Source: an uncultured Patescibacteria group bacterium
GTDB lineage: Bacteria > Patescibacteriota > Microgenomatia > UBA1400 > PJMF01
Direction: 5' to 3'
DNA: 64,000 nt
Assembly: GCA_905478415.1 (NCBI GenBank)
Contig: CAJQIG010000004.1
Span: 75,523-139,522, forward strand
Shown: piece after piece, positions 1-11,106 of the stretch
Position numbering within the stretch: the stretch's first letter is position 1
How the letters are laid out: each line of letters opens with the position of its first letter
The notes under the pieces: model-generated
Databases searched by the model: none
What the model saw: only the letters and a program-made list of their open reading frames with translations
Told to the model about the DNA's origin: nothing
Translations under genes and position numbers: made by a program

Positions 1-210
1 AGGATCTTCTAATATCTCGATGTGTTCTCGCCACTGCACTGGCAGTTGAATCTGTTGTTCCTCGGCCAAAATTTTAACTTGGGCACGGGTAAATCCACGT
101 TTAAGTTCAGCTGTAAATGAAAAATACAGTGCAGTACTAAACAATGCACTAATCGACATAATAGTCACTACAAACCAAAGGGTTAGCTGCAACCGAGCTG
201 AACGAAACAT
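1..210 (-). CDS. Sensor histidine kinase, N-terminal fragment (runs off window start)
   Basis: Hand translation of the minus strand from ATG (cat at 208-210) gives MFRSARLQLTLWFVVTIMSISALFSTALYFSF..., a TM helix typical of a kinase N-terminus. AGGAG RBS about 13 nt upstream. Immediately downstream of the response regulator in the same orientation. Confidence 0.5.
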   Translation of the reverse strand, partial: MFRSARLQLTLWFVVTIMSISALFSTALYFSFTAELKRGFTRAQVKILAEEQQIQLPVQWREHIEILEDP

Positions 211-237
211 ACTAAACACAATCTTCTCCTTTTTGTT

Positions 238-915
238 TTACTGTTCTTGCACAGTATACCCAAAACCTCGCACAGTCTTAATGAGTGATTTGGCTTTTGG
301 AAATGGTTTTTCTAGTTTTACGCGTAAATACCCCACATATACTTCAACCGTATTTGGCAACACATTTGCATCAAATTCCCACACATGTTCAAGTAGCTGA
401 TCTTTAGAAATAACTTGACCGGCATTCTTTATCAAATAAACAAGCAAAGCAAACTCACGTCTCGAAAGATTAATTTCTGTACCCAGCCTTTGAACGGTCA
501 TTGCACCTGTATCAATTGTAAGATCAGCAAATTCTAGAACTTCCTTTTGGTATGAGTGTGGTCGTCTCCCCAAAGCCTGAACTCTGGCAATCAACTCGGC
601 AAATTCGAATGGTTTTACGAGGTAATCATCGGCTCCACCATCGAGCCCTTCAAGCTTGTCATCAAGTGTGCCTCGAGCTGTTAACATTAAAATAGGAGTG
701 ACTTTACCTTCTTTTCTCAGATCTCTACAAACTTCATACCCATTTTTTTCTGGAAGCATAATATCCAATATCATGACATCATACTGTTCATTTAAGGCCA
801 AGTCATAGCCTTCAAGACCATCGAAGGCTAAATCAACAACATGTCCATACGTTTCCAACCCCTTTTTAAGCGAGGTTGCAATGGTTCGGTTATCTTCCAC
901 AATAAGTAATTTCAT
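238..915 (-). CDS. Two-component response regulator, OmpR/PhoB family (receiver + winged helix)
   Basis: Receiver motifs (LIVEDN, ILDIMLP with phospho-acceptor Asp, MLTA) and a C-terminal winged-helix (RGFGY). Confidence 0.9.
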   Translation of the reverse strand: MKLLIVEDNRTIATSLKKGLETYGHVVDLAFDGLEGYDLALNEQYDVMILDIMLPEKNGYEVCRDLRKEGKVTPILMLTARGTLDDKLEGLDGGADDYLVKPFEFAELIARVQALGRRPHSYQKEVLEFADLTIDTGAMTVQRLGTEINLSRREFALLVYLIKNAGQVISKDQLLEHVWEFDANVLPNTVEVYVGYLRVKLEKPFPKAKSLIKTVRGFGYTVQEQ

Positions 916-1093
916 AACTTATACCATTCTACACCCACTAGCTGAGAAATACCTGAGCACCAGCTCTTTTAGAGTGGCTATTTAAACCAAAAAGTGCTAT
1001 ACTTAGCGCCTGCCTGAACTACAAGACCTGGGCTCGTCCCTGGTTTTTTTATTTGAGCACAGACAAGCAACTATAACTACATAAAGACTCACT

Positions 1094-2923
1094 ATGCAAA
1101 ACATCAGAAACATCGCCGTTATCGCCCACGTTGACCATGGAAAAACTACCCTGGTAGATGCCATGCTTAAACAAACAAATGTTTTTCGTGATAATCAGCG
1201 AGAAATGAATGTCGAACAAATTCTTGACAGCAACGACCTTGAAAGAGAACGCGGTATTACCATTTTAGCTAAGAACTGTGCTATCGAGTATGGAGATACA
1301 AAAATCAACATTATCGATACGCCAGGCCATGCCGATTTTTCTGGAGAAGTCGAGCGAACACTCTCGATGGCTGATGGAGCGCTGCTCATCATTGATGCCC
1401 AAGAGGGTCCCATGCCACAATCTAGATTTGTACTAAAGCAGGCCTTAGCATTGGGTTTAAAAGTTATAGTTGTTATCAATAAAATTGATAAAAAATTCGC
1501 CCGAACCGAAAAAGTGATCTCAAAAACTGAAGACCTTTTCTTAGAACTTGCTCACACAGAGGAGCAACTGAAATTCATTACTCTCTTTGCAGTAGCTAGA
1601 GAAGGAAAAGTCTTTAAAACAATGCCAAATGATTTTAATCAGCCTGGAAACGTTATTCCTCTTCTCGAAACAATTCTTGAAGAAATCCCCGCTCCACCTG
1701 TTTTAGATGAAGGACCATTCAAAATGGTGGTCTCTTCTCTCGAGTATGATCGTCATCTGGGTCGTATTATCATTGGTAGAATTTCTCAAGGAACTATATC
1801 AAAAAGAGAAACTGTCATTGTTACTGACAAACCAAGCAAAAATCTAACTGTAGAAAAGATTATGTTATCAAAAGGACTCGGTCGCTATGAAGTTCCTTCT
1901 GCCCACGCTGGTGATATCGTTGCCATAACGGGGATTAGTGATGTCACTATTGGCCAAACTATTTCTGATCCAAGTGATACTACTTCTCTACACACCATCG
2001 AAATCTCGGAGCCAACGCTGCATATGCAGATGGGCTCAAATACTTCTCCTTTTTCTGCTAAAGAAGGTGATTTCACTACTAGTCGCCAAATTGAAGAAAG
2101 ACTGGATCGAGAACTTGAGAGTAATCTCTCGCTTCGTGTCGAAAAGCTCGATGGCGGTCAATTTAAACTTTCTGGACGTGGAGAACTTCACCTCTCAATT
2201 TTACTTGAAAACATGCGTCGTGAAGGCTATGAGATGGAAGTGAGTAAACCTCAAGTTATTACCAAACAAGTTGATGGCATTCTCTGCGAACCAGTTGAAG
2301 AAGTCAGTATTATTGTTCCCGAAGAATTTAGTGGAGCTATTAACCAAGAACTGGGTAAGCGCTATGGAGAACTCCAAAAAATGGAGCCTGTCACAGACAC
2401 CGAAGTTGAATTCACGTACAAAATGGCTAGCCGCGGTTTAATTGGTCTCAGAAGCACTCTACTCACCCAAACTAAGGGAACCGTGATTGTGAATAGTCAA
2501 TTTCTAGCATTTGAGCCAATCGGTAAAGACATTCCACAGCTGAGAAATGGAACACTGATCTCTTCCGAAAGTGGCGTTGTCACAGCCTATGGTCTCAATG
2601 CAGCTCAAGGTCGAGGAATGACCCTTGTTAAACCAGGTGACATCATCTATGAAGGTCAAGTTATTGGTTTAAATGCAAAAAAAGAAGATATGGAAGTCAA
2701 TATCTGTAAAGGTAAGAAACTGACTAATATGAGAACTTCAGGCACTGATGGCATTACCCAAGTTATTCCACCAGTTATTCTCAGTTTAGAACAATCTCTT
2801 GAGTTTATCGAAGATGATGAGTTGCTCGAAGTCACTCCTAAATCCTTGAGAATCAGAAAAAAGCAGCTCACAACTGTCGACAGAAAACGTCAACGACGTA
2901 AAGTGCGAGAATCAGCCAACTAA
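1094..2923 (+). CDS. typA: Translational GTPase TypA/BipA
   Basis: G1 motif AHVDHGKTTLVD, DTPGH, NKID; 609 aa two-part EF-G-like architecture typical of BipA. Confidence 0.93.
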   Translation: MQNIRNIAVIAHVDHGKTTLVDAMLKQTNVFRDNQREMNVEQILDSNDLERERGITILAKNCAIEYGDTKINIIDTPGHADFSGEVERTLSMADGALLIIDAQEGPMPQSRFVLKQALALGLKVIVVINKIDKKFARTEKVISKTEDLFLELAHTEEQLKFITLFAVAREGKVFKTMPNDFNQPGNVIPLLETILEEIPAPPVLDEGPFKMVVSSLEYDRHLGRIIIGRISQGTISKRETVIVTDKPSKNLTVEKIMLSKGLGRYEVPSAHAGDIVAITGISDVTIGQTISDPSDTTSLHTIEISEPTLHMQMGSNTSPFSAKEGDFTTSRQIEERLDRELESNLSLRVEKLDGGQFKLSGRGELHLSILLENMRREGYEMEVSKPQVITKQVDGILCEPVEEVSIIVPEEFSGAINQELGKRYGELQKMEPVTDTEVEFTYKMASRGLIGLRSTLLTQTKGTVIVNSQFLAFEPIGKDIPQLRNGTLISSESGVVTAYGLNAAQGRGMTLVKPGDIIYEGQVIGLNAKKEDMEVNICKGKKLTNMRTSGTDGITQVIPPVILSLEQSLEFIEDDELLEVTPKSLRIRKKQLTTVDRKRQRRKVRESAN

Positions 2924-2929
2924 AGCCCT

Positions 2930-3148
2930 TTACTTAACTCTGATTTTTATTGGCGTATCATCAAACTCAACACCATCGTACATATCGAGTGCAAGCTGTG
3001 CATCGGTGGCGGACATTTCAAACTCCACACAGTTCAATGCATGGGTCCCAGAGTACTTAAATTGAGTCACCTCGCCTACTTCTTCGAAAAGTTCGATGAT
3101 ATCATCTTTAGAAAGATAGTTTGGTAAAGAACAAACATGCATTTTCAT
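2930..3148 (-). CDS. Small RRM-type RNA-binding protein
   Basis: 72 aa; the beta-alpha-beta pattern (MHVCSLPNYLSKDDIIELFEEVGEV...) resembles RNP1/RNP2 of RRM proteins. Confidence 0.7.
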   Translation of the reverse strand: MKMHVCSLPNYLSKDDIIELFEEVGEVTQFKYSGTHALNCVEFEMSATDAQLALDMYDGVEFDDTPIKIRVK

Positions 3149-3257
3149 GGTGTGTACTCGACTTATTTCAAGTCTAGGGCTTCCTTCCAGCCAAAATAAT
3201 TAGATACGTGTCTGCACAAATTTTATACCTTTTTATCTCACAGAAAAGGAGCAATTT

Positions 3258-3785
3258 TTGGACTCTTTTCGAGGCCTCTCAAAGTGTTACACTGTCACTA
3301 CTATGCACACCCTTACAGCTGGCAATAAAGCTCCATTAGAAATTACAGTCCAGAACGAACAAGAACAGCCTGTTTCACTCAAAGAGAAAAAGGGCACGTA
3401 CGTGGTCCTCTATTTTTATCCCAGAGACAATACTCCAGGATGTACCACTGAAGCCTGTAGCTTTCGGGATACTACAGCGGACCTGAAAGCCTTAGGAGTT
3501 GAAGTCATTGGGGTTAGTGCAGATAGTGTCAGTTCACATGAAAAATTTAAACAAAAACACAAACTCCCATTCGAACTTTGGTCAGATCCAGAAAAAAAAC
3601 TCATTGATGCATTTGGGGCTTTAGGAGAGAAAAAACTATTTGGAAAAACCTATATTGGCATCAAACGCATAACTTTTGCTCTTAATCCAGATGGAGTCAT
3701 CATTAAAGTCTGGTCTAAGGTCTCTCCCCAAAAACATGGTAGTGAAGTACTTAATTTTTTCAAAGAAATCATCTCAAAAATATAA
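3258..3785 (+). CDS. bcp: Thiol peroxidase / peroxiredoxin, Bcp family
   Basis: VVLYFYPRDNTPGCTTEACSFRD peroxidatic-Cys motif. TTG start at 3258 preceded by AAAGGAG RBS at 3245-3251. Confidence 0.85.
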   Translation: MDSFRGLSKCYTVTTMHTLTAGNKAPLEITVQNEQEQPVSLKEKKGTYVVLYFYPRDNTPGCTTEACSFRDTTADLKALGVEVIGVSADSVSSHEKFKQKHKLPFELWSDPEKKLIDAFGALGEKKLFGKTYIGIKRITFALNPDGVIIKVWSKVSPQKHGSEVLNFFKEIISKI

Positions 3786-3845
3786 AGGTATCTGCCTCTT
3801 TCCCACTAGTCAGCAACCGCAAGTATTCTGTACACTAGAAGCACT

Positions 3846-4676
3846 ATGGAAAATCTGCCCCAAACTGAACCTGTTGTTCCACAGCCAGATCAACAACCAA
3901 TCACTCCAACACCACAACCTACCACGATAACGGCAACTCAAGAACAACAGCCACTACAATCACCGCTCACAACTACTACTCCTGTCGTAACCCCCACACC
4001 TCAAAAAACAAATAGCTTCATACTTCTCATCATTGGAATACTACTCTTACTCTTTTTGGGAGTTGGTGGCTTCCTCTTCTATAAAAACCTCACCACCCCC
4101 GAGAGCATTCCTCTCACCGGGATTGCAACTGACTATGGTTTTACGTTAGAAATTCCAGAAACTACGGAAGCTTCCCCATCAACAGTTGTGGATGAAGCAA
4201 GAGGTTGGAAAGAATATAACAACTACGAACTTGAATACTCCTTTAAACATCCTCAGCAAGAAGTAAACCTCACCACTTCATGTACTCCCTATTTCGAAAA
4301 TGGAATACAAAAAGGTGAATTTAAATATATTTTCTATGATTCATCGGCGATCACAAACAACCAAGAATTGATGGCAGTCTGTGAACCAGAATATGAAAAC
4401 AAGTACCTTAAACTCACCCATAGTAGCTCTCAACAAACATGTGCAGGATCTACTCAAAAAATCACTGTTGCAGGAGTAACAGCCACCCAATGCTCTGGTA
4501 AAACAGACTCAAACACCTCAACTGAAACCAGTGTCAGCTTGTTTATTCCTATTCAAAATAGATTTGTCATTATCGAGGTGAACTCGAAAGAGTATCTTCC
4601 AGTACTTCAAAACAGTATTGATACCTTCGCTTTTGAAACCCGAGAACCAATTTCGATTGAAGAAGAAACCCCATAA
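3846..4676 (+). CDS. Hypothetical membrane-anchored protein with Pro/Thr/Gln-rich N-terminus
   Basis: Low-complexity PT-rich N-terminus, one TM helix (FILLIIGILLLLFLGVGGFLFY), then a Cys-containing extracytoplasmic domain. Confidence 0.5.
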   Translation: MENLPQTEPVVPQPDQQPITPTPQPTTITATQEQQPLQSPLTTTTPVVTPTPQKTNSFILLIIGILLLLFLGVGGFLFYKNLTTPESIPLTGIATDYGFTLEIPETTEASPSTVVDEARGWKEYNNYELEYSFKHPQQEVNLTTSCTPYFENGIQKGEFKYIFYDSSAITNNQELMAVCEPEYENKYLKLTHSSSQQTCAGSTQKITVAGVTATQCSGKTDSNTSTETSVSLFIPIQNRFVIIEVNSKEYLPVLQNSIDTFAFETREPISIEEETP

Positions 4677-4712
4677 GGTACCTTGAGATCTCCTTTAAGC
4701 ACCATTCTTTGA

Positions 4713-5240
4713 TTAAGTACTCTCTGGTAACACTACTCGCTCATGTTCAAACGTCTCTAAATCAAGCAGCACGAAACTACTTTCTTTATCAGGCTCTTGT
4801 GGCAACCACTTATCTTTGGTAACTGTATTGCCTGGATTTATGAACAATGTCTTTCCAAACTCTTTTATACGGTACAGATGATCATGACCGCCGATACAAA
4901 GATCATACTTTTGAGCTTCTGCAACTCGTTCACTCATATCAGAAAAATGGTGCATAAATATGCTCTTGCCCTCTAAGTCTAGTAGCATGGTATCTCCATA
5001 ACATGTCATGTTTTCATAGCCATTGGCACGATTTGTCAGGCCCACTCGCTCCCCATCATTATTTCCTAAAATAAAATGAAGATGCCCTGAGTAGTGCTCG
5101 TGAAACCGATGTAAAATACCGGGATTAATTAAGTCACCAGCGTGAAGCGCAATAGAGATATTATGGGTATTGAGATACTCAATAATCCAGACAATTGCTG
5201 GTGTGTTGTCGTGAGTATCGGAGATGAGAGCGATTTTCAT
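4713..5240 (-). CDS. Metallophosphoesterase (YfcE/MJ0936-like)
   Basis: Calcineurin-like motifs: ISDTHDN, GDLIN, GNND, GGHDH. Confidence 0.8.
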   Translation of the reverse strand: MKIALISDTHDNTPAIVWIIEYLNTHNISIALHAGDLINPGILHRFHEHYSGHLHFILGNNDGERVGLTNRANGYENMTCYGDTMLLDLEGKSIFMHHFSDMSERVAEAQKYDLCIGGHDHLYRIKEFGKTLFINPGNTVTKDKWLPQEPDKESSFVLLDLETFEHERVVLPEST

Positions 5241-5255
5241 AGTGTTGTTAGTATA

Positions 5256-5753
5256 TCACTGCAACCATGCTTCAATAGACTTACGAACCGACACAGTATC
5301 AACAAACTGTTCAGCGTGCATGCCAGCCTGACGAGCAGCTGTAATGTTATGAATTGAGTCATCAATAAACATAATGTTACTTATTGGCTCACCTACTAGT
5401 GCTGAAATCTGTTTGTAAGCTGCGGGATCAGTCTTGGCAAAGCCAACAGAAGGCACCGTAAAAACTGTTTCAAAGACCTCCATCACTCGATCCTTGATTT
5501 CTGGGGCATCCTGTACCGTTCCCGTTGTAAAGATATGCTTTTGAATTCCTTCCAAAGACTGAATGTAGGACAGAAGTTCAGTATTTAGTTGATACATATC
5601 GAGAAAATTAAAACCTCTTTCTTGAATTTTTTTGTAGAGCCCATTGAGGCTCCCTTGATAACTCAGGTCTTTTGGGAACAGAATAACTTGTGAAAAATCA
5701 GAGAGAAGAACTTTCATATAGATAAGTATGTCTGAGAGAAAAAAATCTTGCAA
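5256..5753 (-). CDS. HAD-superfamily hydrolase-like protein (possibly degenerate motif I)
   Basis: C-terminal HAD motifs (K...FIDDS) are present. The N-terminal DxD is replaced by LLSDFS. Confidence 0.45.
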   Translation of the reverse strand: MQDFFLSDILIYMKVLLSDFSQVILFPKDLSYQGSLNGLYKKIQERGFNFLDMYQLNTELLSYIQSLEGIQKHIFTTGTVQDAPEIKDRVMEVFETVFTVPSVGFAKTDPAAYKQISALVGEPISNIMFIDDSIHNITAARQAGMHAEQFVDTVSVRKSIEAWLQ

Positions 5754-5810
5754 GTTGTAAAAAAATACTAACTATCAAAAAAAACAAATCACCTATACTA
5801 TACAAGGAAG

Positions 5811-7013
5811 ATGCACTATTCTCAGATAAAAACCATTGTCCTTGGCACCGAAAACCTTGAAAGATGGAGTCAACACAAAAATGATTTTTTCAATTGTCTT
5901 GCCATCCCGATTACCCACGAGCCCCTCTCATCCCAAATAGCTTCACTACAAAAGTATGTAACCCTTTGTAAGAACTTAGAATCTATTGTCGGTCTTAATG
6001 ACCGAGCAATCCTCATTATTTCACTGCTTGAAAATAACCAAATACAAGTCTTAGATGCTCAGACTGTCGTACAGTTTCAACATAAAGAGTCTTTTTTGAA
6101 ACTCCTTTCAAAACTCGCTATTCCCATTATGAACTGGCAGACAATTTCTTCTACCCAAGAGGAAACCATACAGCTTAAGTTTCCATTCTTTATTAAACCA
6201 ATCCGAGGCGCTTTTTCAGAAAAAACTGGCAAAATACATTCCCTTGTTGAGTTGAAGAATCATTTTTCAAAGTACTCGGTCAATGAGAAGATTGATCCTA
6301 CAATCAAAAAATTATTTATGTGTGAAAACACGGAACATCTCAACTCATATATTATTCAAGAATTTGTCTCAGCCCCTCAATACACTGTGGACTTTTATGT
6401 CAGATCTGGAAAAGTAATTATTGAAGCTATCACTGAAAGTTTAATAGATTCTCACTACCAAAGTTTTATTGGTTTCGAAACTCCGTCTCTCTTGCCAAAA
6501 GAATGCGTACAGGATCTTAAGAACTATATCCAGAAAATTACTACGCATCTAGCACTGCCTAATGCTTATTTTAATGTTGAATTTTTTGTTAAAGATAACC
6601 AAATTCTTATTATTGAATGGAACCCTCGGCTTTCAGCCCAATTTTTAAAAATGTTTGAGTACTCTTTAGGAAAAAACTATTTACAATCAGTACTGCACTT
6701 GGGCCAAGGAGAAGAGGTACTAAATACTAAGGAAGAAGAAACAAAAATTGCTCATATTTTCGTCCTAAGAAAAAAACGAGACCAAGTAATGCAACGAACA
6801 CTCTCAAAATCTGAAGTTGCAGTAATCGAAAAAAAATATGATCTCTTAGAACTCAAAATCACTGCTCTTCCAAATAAAAAACTCTCTGAAGTCAGACAAG
6901 ATAGCCAAAGCTTTAGATTCGGCTACGCAACTCTAGCTGGTTCATTTTTGGATAGGGCTGCTACTCATAGAGCCTTACAGACAGAACTTGAAGCTCTCTT
7001 TTTAGATAGTTAA
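5811..7013 (+). CDS. ATP-grasp domain protein (unknown ligase)
   Basis: FPFFIKPIRGAFSEKTG, IIQEFV, IIEWNPR motifs resemble ATP-grasp B/C-loop signatures. Confidence 0.5.
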   Translation: MHYSQIKTIVLGTENLERWSQHKNDFFNCLAIPITHEPLSSQIASLQKYVTLCKNLESIVGLNDRAILIISLLENNQIQVLDAQTVVQFQHKESFLKLLSKLAIPIMNWQTISSTQEETIQLKFPFFIKPIRGAFSEKTGKIHSLVELKNHFSKYSVNEKIDPTIKKLFMCENTEHLNSYIIQEFVSAPQYTVDFYVRSGKVIIEAITESLIDSHYQSFIGFETPSLLPKECVQDLKNYIQKITTHLALPNAYFNVEFFVKDNQILIIEWNPRLSAQFLKMFEYSLGKNYLQSVLHLGQGEEVLNTKEEETKIAHIFVLRKKRDQVMQRTLSKSEVAVIEKKYDLLELKITALPNKKLSEVRQDSQSFRFGYATLAGSFLDRAATHRALQTELEALFLDS

Positions 7014-7019
7014 GCGCTT

Positions 7020-7256
7020 CTACTCGACAGTATACTTAAGCCCTTCAATCACTGCCTTAAGCTTCTTAGGCTGTACCTTGGTTGGATCGTACTCAATTGT
7101 TGTCTGTGAAGCTGCGTAGCTCGTAGTGGCCTGCAATACCCCAGCTACATCCTCGAGCTCTCCATCGATACTCATACTGCAGCTGGTGCAATGCATACCA
7201 CTAATCTTAAACACAACTTTTTCTCCAACTGGTTTTTTCTTTAGAAAATTGAACAT
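7020..7256 (-). CDS. copZ: Heavy-metal-associated (HMA) copper chaperone, CopZ-like
   Basis: GMHCTSC metal-binding motif; 78 aa; first-but-last gene (3' end) of the cop operon. Confidence 0.8.
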   Translation of the reverse strand: MFNFLKKKPVGEKVVFKISGMHCTSCSMSIDGELEDVAGVLQATTSYAASQTTIEYDPTKVQPKKLKAVIEGLKYTVE

Positions 7257-7265
7257 ACCTACCTC

Positions 7266-8375
7266 CTATATAACTTCCATTGTGCCACTATACATACCCA
7301 TTGAACAAGTATAGGTATACCGTCCTGGCTTCTTTGGTATAAATGTAACGGTTTGCCTATCAGTTGACTCTAAAAACTTTGAAATACCAAACTCTTTGAA
7401 AACAAATGATAACGCGCACGAATAGACTCCATTACTTTGTAACGTTAATTGAACTGGAACTCCACTTTCAACCTTAAAATAATTGGGGCTATATCCGTTG
7501 CTCAACACATTCAGTGTCACTTGTTGCACTCCGTTTGTAACTGCAGTTGTAGTGGTATTCGAAAATCTATCACCAGAAAAAAAGTAAGTGACCGGCCTTA
7601 CAATTCGGTTAAGCGTTAGTGGTGAGTCCATGACCAATAGTACTCCATTCACACTGTATACAGCCATGCCAACGAGCACGTAGGCAGCAACTTTCATAAA
7701 GGTTTGATACCAGCCTTCACTGAGTTTTGCAGTTGCAACACCAATCAACGCAAAGAGAGGAAGCGTTCCTAATACAAACGAAAACATAATCACGGCCCCT
7801 TGAAAGGGATTACCAGAATTTATAGCTAATACTTCCATTGCTTGTGTAACTCCACACGGAATAAAAACCGTCATTAACCCCAGCACAGCTGGAGCAAATA
7901 AAGCTCTGCTCTGACTGGTATTTCGAACTAGTCGTTGCAAAAACTTTGGTGGCTGAAAAGCTACATACCTAAAAATTGGGTGTACATCTAACAGATTCAT
8001 AGCTGTAGCAAACATGAAGAGAGCAGTGAAGACCTGGAAGCCAAGTCGAACTCCCAAACTCAAAGTAATTGCCGAACCTGCTAACCCGAGTAAAAATCCA
8101 AGGACTGTATGAGCTACTAACTTTGTTGTCAAAAACATGGCCACTGGCATCCAATCAAGCGAATCAAAGGACTTCAAAGAAAAATTATTCTTTTGTAACG
8201 TCTGCAAGTAGGCAGACTTTTTCTTTTCTTTTATCTTTTTTTTGTCAGAGATAATTTCGTCACGTTCTTGGTCTTTTTGATTTGCAATCACACTGGTCAA
8301 CAAACCACCTTGCATAGCTACACACGAGAGGCCTCCAGTTGTTAAGCCCGTTAAAAAAATAAGTAAAGTATTCAT
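7266..8375 (-). CDS. DsbD_2-like polytopic membrane protein fused to a C-terminal cupredoxin-like Cys/Met-rich domain
   Basis: TM motifs GGLSC and IPCGVT in helices. The C-terminal beta-rich domain ends YTYTCSMGMYSGTMEV (cupredoxin-like). Tight spacing to copA and copZ (8-9 nt). Confidence 0.55.
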   Translation of the reverse strand: MNTLLIFLTGLTTGGLSCVAMQGGLLTSVIANQKDQERDEIISDKKKIKEKKKSAYLQTLQKNNFSLKSFDSLDWMPVAMFLTTKLVAHTVLGFLLGLAGSAITLSLGVRLGFQVFTALFMFATAMNLLDVHPIFRYVAFQPPKFLQRLVRNTSQSRALFAPAVLGLMTVFIPCGVTQAMEVLAINSGNPFQGAVIMFSFVLGTLPLFALIGVATAKLSEGWYQTFMKVAAYVLVGMAVYSVNGVLLVMDSPLTLNRIVRPVTYFFSGDRFSNTTTTAVTNGVQQVTLNVLSNGYSPNYFKVESGVPVQLTLQSNGVYSCALSFVFKEFGISKFLESTDRQTVTFIPKKPGRYTYTCSMGMYSGTMEVI

Positions 8376-8383
8376 GGTGTTGC

Positions 8384-10636
8384 TTATTCTAAATGAGTAG
8401 TTTTTAATCGTAAGGCATTCAGGACTACACTCACACTTGAGAAAGCCATGGCCGCACCTGCTAACACCGGATTCAGTACAATTCCAAAGGTGGGATAGAG
8501 AACACCCATTGCTACTGGAATGAGCACCACGTTATATCCAAAAGCCCAAAATAAGTTTTGACGAATGTTGCGCATAGTAGCCTTAGAGAGTGAGAGCGCC
8601 GTTGGCACTAAACTAATGTCACTTCTCAGAAGCGTGACCCCAGCTGACTCAATCGCCACATCAGTTCCACCTCCCATAGCAATACCAACGTCGGCAGTAG
8701 CCAATGCTGGTGCATCATTTATGCCATCACCAACCATAGCGACAACTGGATATTTTTTGCGCAACTCCCGAATAGTCTTCTCTTTTTGATCTGGAAGAAC
8801 CTCAGCAACAACCTCTGTAATGTCAACTTCTTTAGCTATGGCTAATGCAGTACTCTTATTATCTCCCGTTAACATAATGCTGGTCACACCCATCTTCTTG
8901 AGTGTTTCTATAACTGATGCAGACTTTTCTTTGACTGGATCAGCTATTCCAAAGAATGCAACCAGTTTTCCCTTTACCGCCATAAATGTGACAGTCTGTC
9001 CTTTTTCCATCAGGCCCTGAATTTCATTTGTATACTGTTCTGGAATAGAAATAGTTTGTTCTGCTAGTAACTTTTGACTGCCAATCACAATAGCTATACC
9101 GGCAACTTGAGCAGTTACCCCCTTTCCACTGATATCTTTAAATTTCTGCACTTCTAGAGATGATTTAGACGGTAGTTTCTCTTTGGCATAGAGTGCTAAA
9201 GCTGTAGCCAGTGGATGATGAGAGAGTTCCTCTACTGCATACAACTGTGCTACCGTTTCTTTTTCTGCACCTGTGACAAAAACTGCAGCTTGAACTGTCG
9301 GACTTCCTTCAGTCAATGTGCCCGTTTTATCGAAAACAACTGCGCTGACTTTGTTCGCAATTTCTAGTGCCCGAGCATCTTTGATTAACACTCCTAACTG
9401 TGCTCCTTTACCCATACCAACCATCAGGGATGTTGGTGTTGCCAAACCTAAAGCACAAGGGCAAGCAATAATTAGTACATTGATCATACTTACTAGTGCA
9501 AATAAAAACCGTGGTTCTGGACCAATGATCATCCAAACACCAAAAGTAGCTACTGCTATTACAATCACAACTGGCACAAAATAAGATGCAATCGTATCAA
9601 CGAGTGCTTGAATTGGTGGCCGAGACCCCTGAGCCTCTTTCACAGACCGAATAATAGCAGCTAGCATCGTCTCACTACCTACTTTGGTAGCTTTCATCTC
9701 AAAACTACCAGATTTGTTGAGCGTTGCACCAACAACTGCATCACCAACTTGCTTACTCACGGGCATACTTTCTCCCGTTACCATACTTTCATCAATAGAA
9801 CTTTCTCCTTTACTCACTTGCCCATCAACAGCAACTTTTTCTCCTGGCTTAACCAGTAAGGTATCTCCAACTTTGACTTGGTCTGTAGGAACTTCAACCC
9901 ACTCTCTACCTTTTTTAACTAGAGCAGTTTTGACCTGTAAATTAAGTAATTCTTTAATTGCAGAAGATGTTTGAGCTTTAGCCCGAATCTCGAGATACTT
10001 ACCAAGTAAGATAAACGTGATAATAGCTGCTGCAGCTTCAAAGTACACATGAGTCTCAATCCCAGCTTCCGTAAACTGCGCACCAAAGATTGTTACTACC
10101 ACTGAGTAAAAGTATGCCACCGAAGTTCCAAGCACCACCAAAGTATCCATATTAGCAGAAAAATTTTTCAGACCAGACCAAGCTCCCTGATAAAAACGCT
10201 TTCCAACCCAAAACTGGACAGGTGTTGCTAGAACCATCAAAACCCAAGGGTTATGTAAGAACTCAGGCACTGCTGGCACCATACTTGCTATTAGTAGCAC
10301 TGAAAGCACTCCACTCACCTGCAACTTTGACTTCAGCGATTGCAACTCCTTAGCCCGCTCGACTTCAGCAATATCTCCATCATCTTCAATATGAGCTACA
10401 TACCCCACAGAACTCACTGCAGCTACAAGTGTATCTGTAGTTACCTGGTCACTGTTGAAAGTAACGGTGGCTTGTTCGTTGGCGTAGTTGACCGCGGCTT
10501 CAGTTACTCCAGTGGTCTTACTCAATTTTCTAGAGATATTAGTAGCACAACTAGCACAGTGCATACCCGAGACATGAAAGGAAAGTGTGCTTTTATTGTC
10601 TGTTTTAGTCGACATATTTTTGGGGTTCCTTTTCAA
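8384..10636 (-). CDS. copA: Copper-translocating P1B-type ATPase
   Basis: N-terminal HMA GMHCASC, CPC in TM6, [15 protein letters not shown]. Confidence 0.93.
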   Translation of the reverse strand: MKRNPKNMSTKTDNKSTLSFHVSGMHCASCATNISRKLSKTTGVTEAAVNYANEQATVTFNSDQVTTDTLVAAVSSVGYVAHIEDDGDIAEVERAKELQSLKSKLQVSGVLSVLLIASMVPAVPEFLHNPWVLMVLATPVQFWVGKRFYQGAWSGLKNFSANMDTLVVLGTSVAYFYSVVVTIFGAQFTEAGIETHVYFEAAAAIITFILLGKYLEIRAKAQTSSAIKELLNLQVKTALVKKGREWVEVPTDQVKVGDTLLVKPGEKVAVDGQVSKGESSIDESMVTGESMPVSKQVGDAVVGATLNKSGSFEMKATKVGSETMLAAIIRSVKEAQGSRPPIQALVDTIASYFVPVVIVIAVATFGVWMIIGPEPRFLFALVSMINVLIIACPCALGLATPTSLMVGMGKGAQLGVLIKDARALEIANKVSAVVFDKTGTLTEGSPTVQAAVFVTGAEKETVAQLYAVEELSHHPLATALALYAKEKLPSKSSLEVQKFKDISGKGVTAQVAGIAIVIGSQKLLAEQTISIPEQYTNEIQGLMEKGQTVTFMAVKGKLVAFFGIADPVKEKSASVIETLKKMGVTSIMLTGDNKSTALAIAKEVDITEVVAEVLPDQKEKTIRELRKKYPVVAMVGDGINDAPALATADVGIAMGGGTDVAIESAGVTLLRSDISLVPTALSLSKATMRNIRQNLFWAFGYNVVLIPVAMGVLYPTFGIVLNPVLAGAAMAFSSVSVVLNALRLKTTHLE

Positions 10637-11087
10637 ATACTTTTAAACAACCACTGGCACAGAAATAAAAATCATGACCTTCATGCTTGGTGTGAAAGCC
10701 TGCTGTCTTGGGAGAAACTCTCATATGGCAAACGGGGTCTGTAACTACTGGCACTAGCTCTTTCATTTTTAATGTAAGCTCATTGGCCATTTGAGTACCT
10801 GTGTTCTGATCAACAAGCACCTCACGTAGGAGGTCACTGGCCGCAATAATTTTGGGACTACTGACCTTGTAGTACACCTGTTTTCCATCGCGACGACTCT
10901 CAACAATTTGCGCATCTCGAAGCACCATCAGATGCTGACTAATATTTGCCTGAGGCAAGTCAAGCATGGTATGAATATCACCTACTGGCAACTCTTGGTC
11001 TCGAAGTAAGTGAATAATTTCTAATCGCCTAGGATGTGCAATTGCTTTGAGCAAGTGGGCATGCAGTTCGAAAATTTGTGAATACAT
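10605..11087 (-). CDS. ArsR/SmtB-family metalloregulator fused to a C-terminal YHS/TRASH metal-binding domain
   Basis: [15 protein letters not shown]...[10 protein letters not shown], plus DPVCHMRV...[24 protein letters not shown]. Overlaps the copA start. Confidence 0.8.
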   Translation of the reverse strand: MYSQIFELHAHLLKAIAHPRRLEIIHLLRDQELPVGDIHTMLDLPQANISQHLMVLRDAQIVESRRDGKQVYYKVSSPKIIAASDLLREVLVDQNTGTQMANELTLKMKELVPVVTDPVCHMRVSPKTAGFHTKHEGHDFYFCASGCLKVFEKEPQKYVD

Positions 11088-11106
11088 ATTCGAATTTTAG
11101 AATATA
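11087..11106. promoter_or_regulatory. Imperfect inverted repeat ATATTCGAAttttaGAATAT at the regulator start; candidate ArsR/SmtB-type operator
   Basis: Palindromic arms ATATTC/GAATAT read directly; resembles SmtB/CzrA AT-rich 12-2-12 operators. Confidence 0.3.

Noticed and set aside
1195-2871. Several 60-100-aa ORFs antisense to or out of frame within typA
   Set aside because: Fully embedded in a highly conserved coding gene; typical spurious frames.
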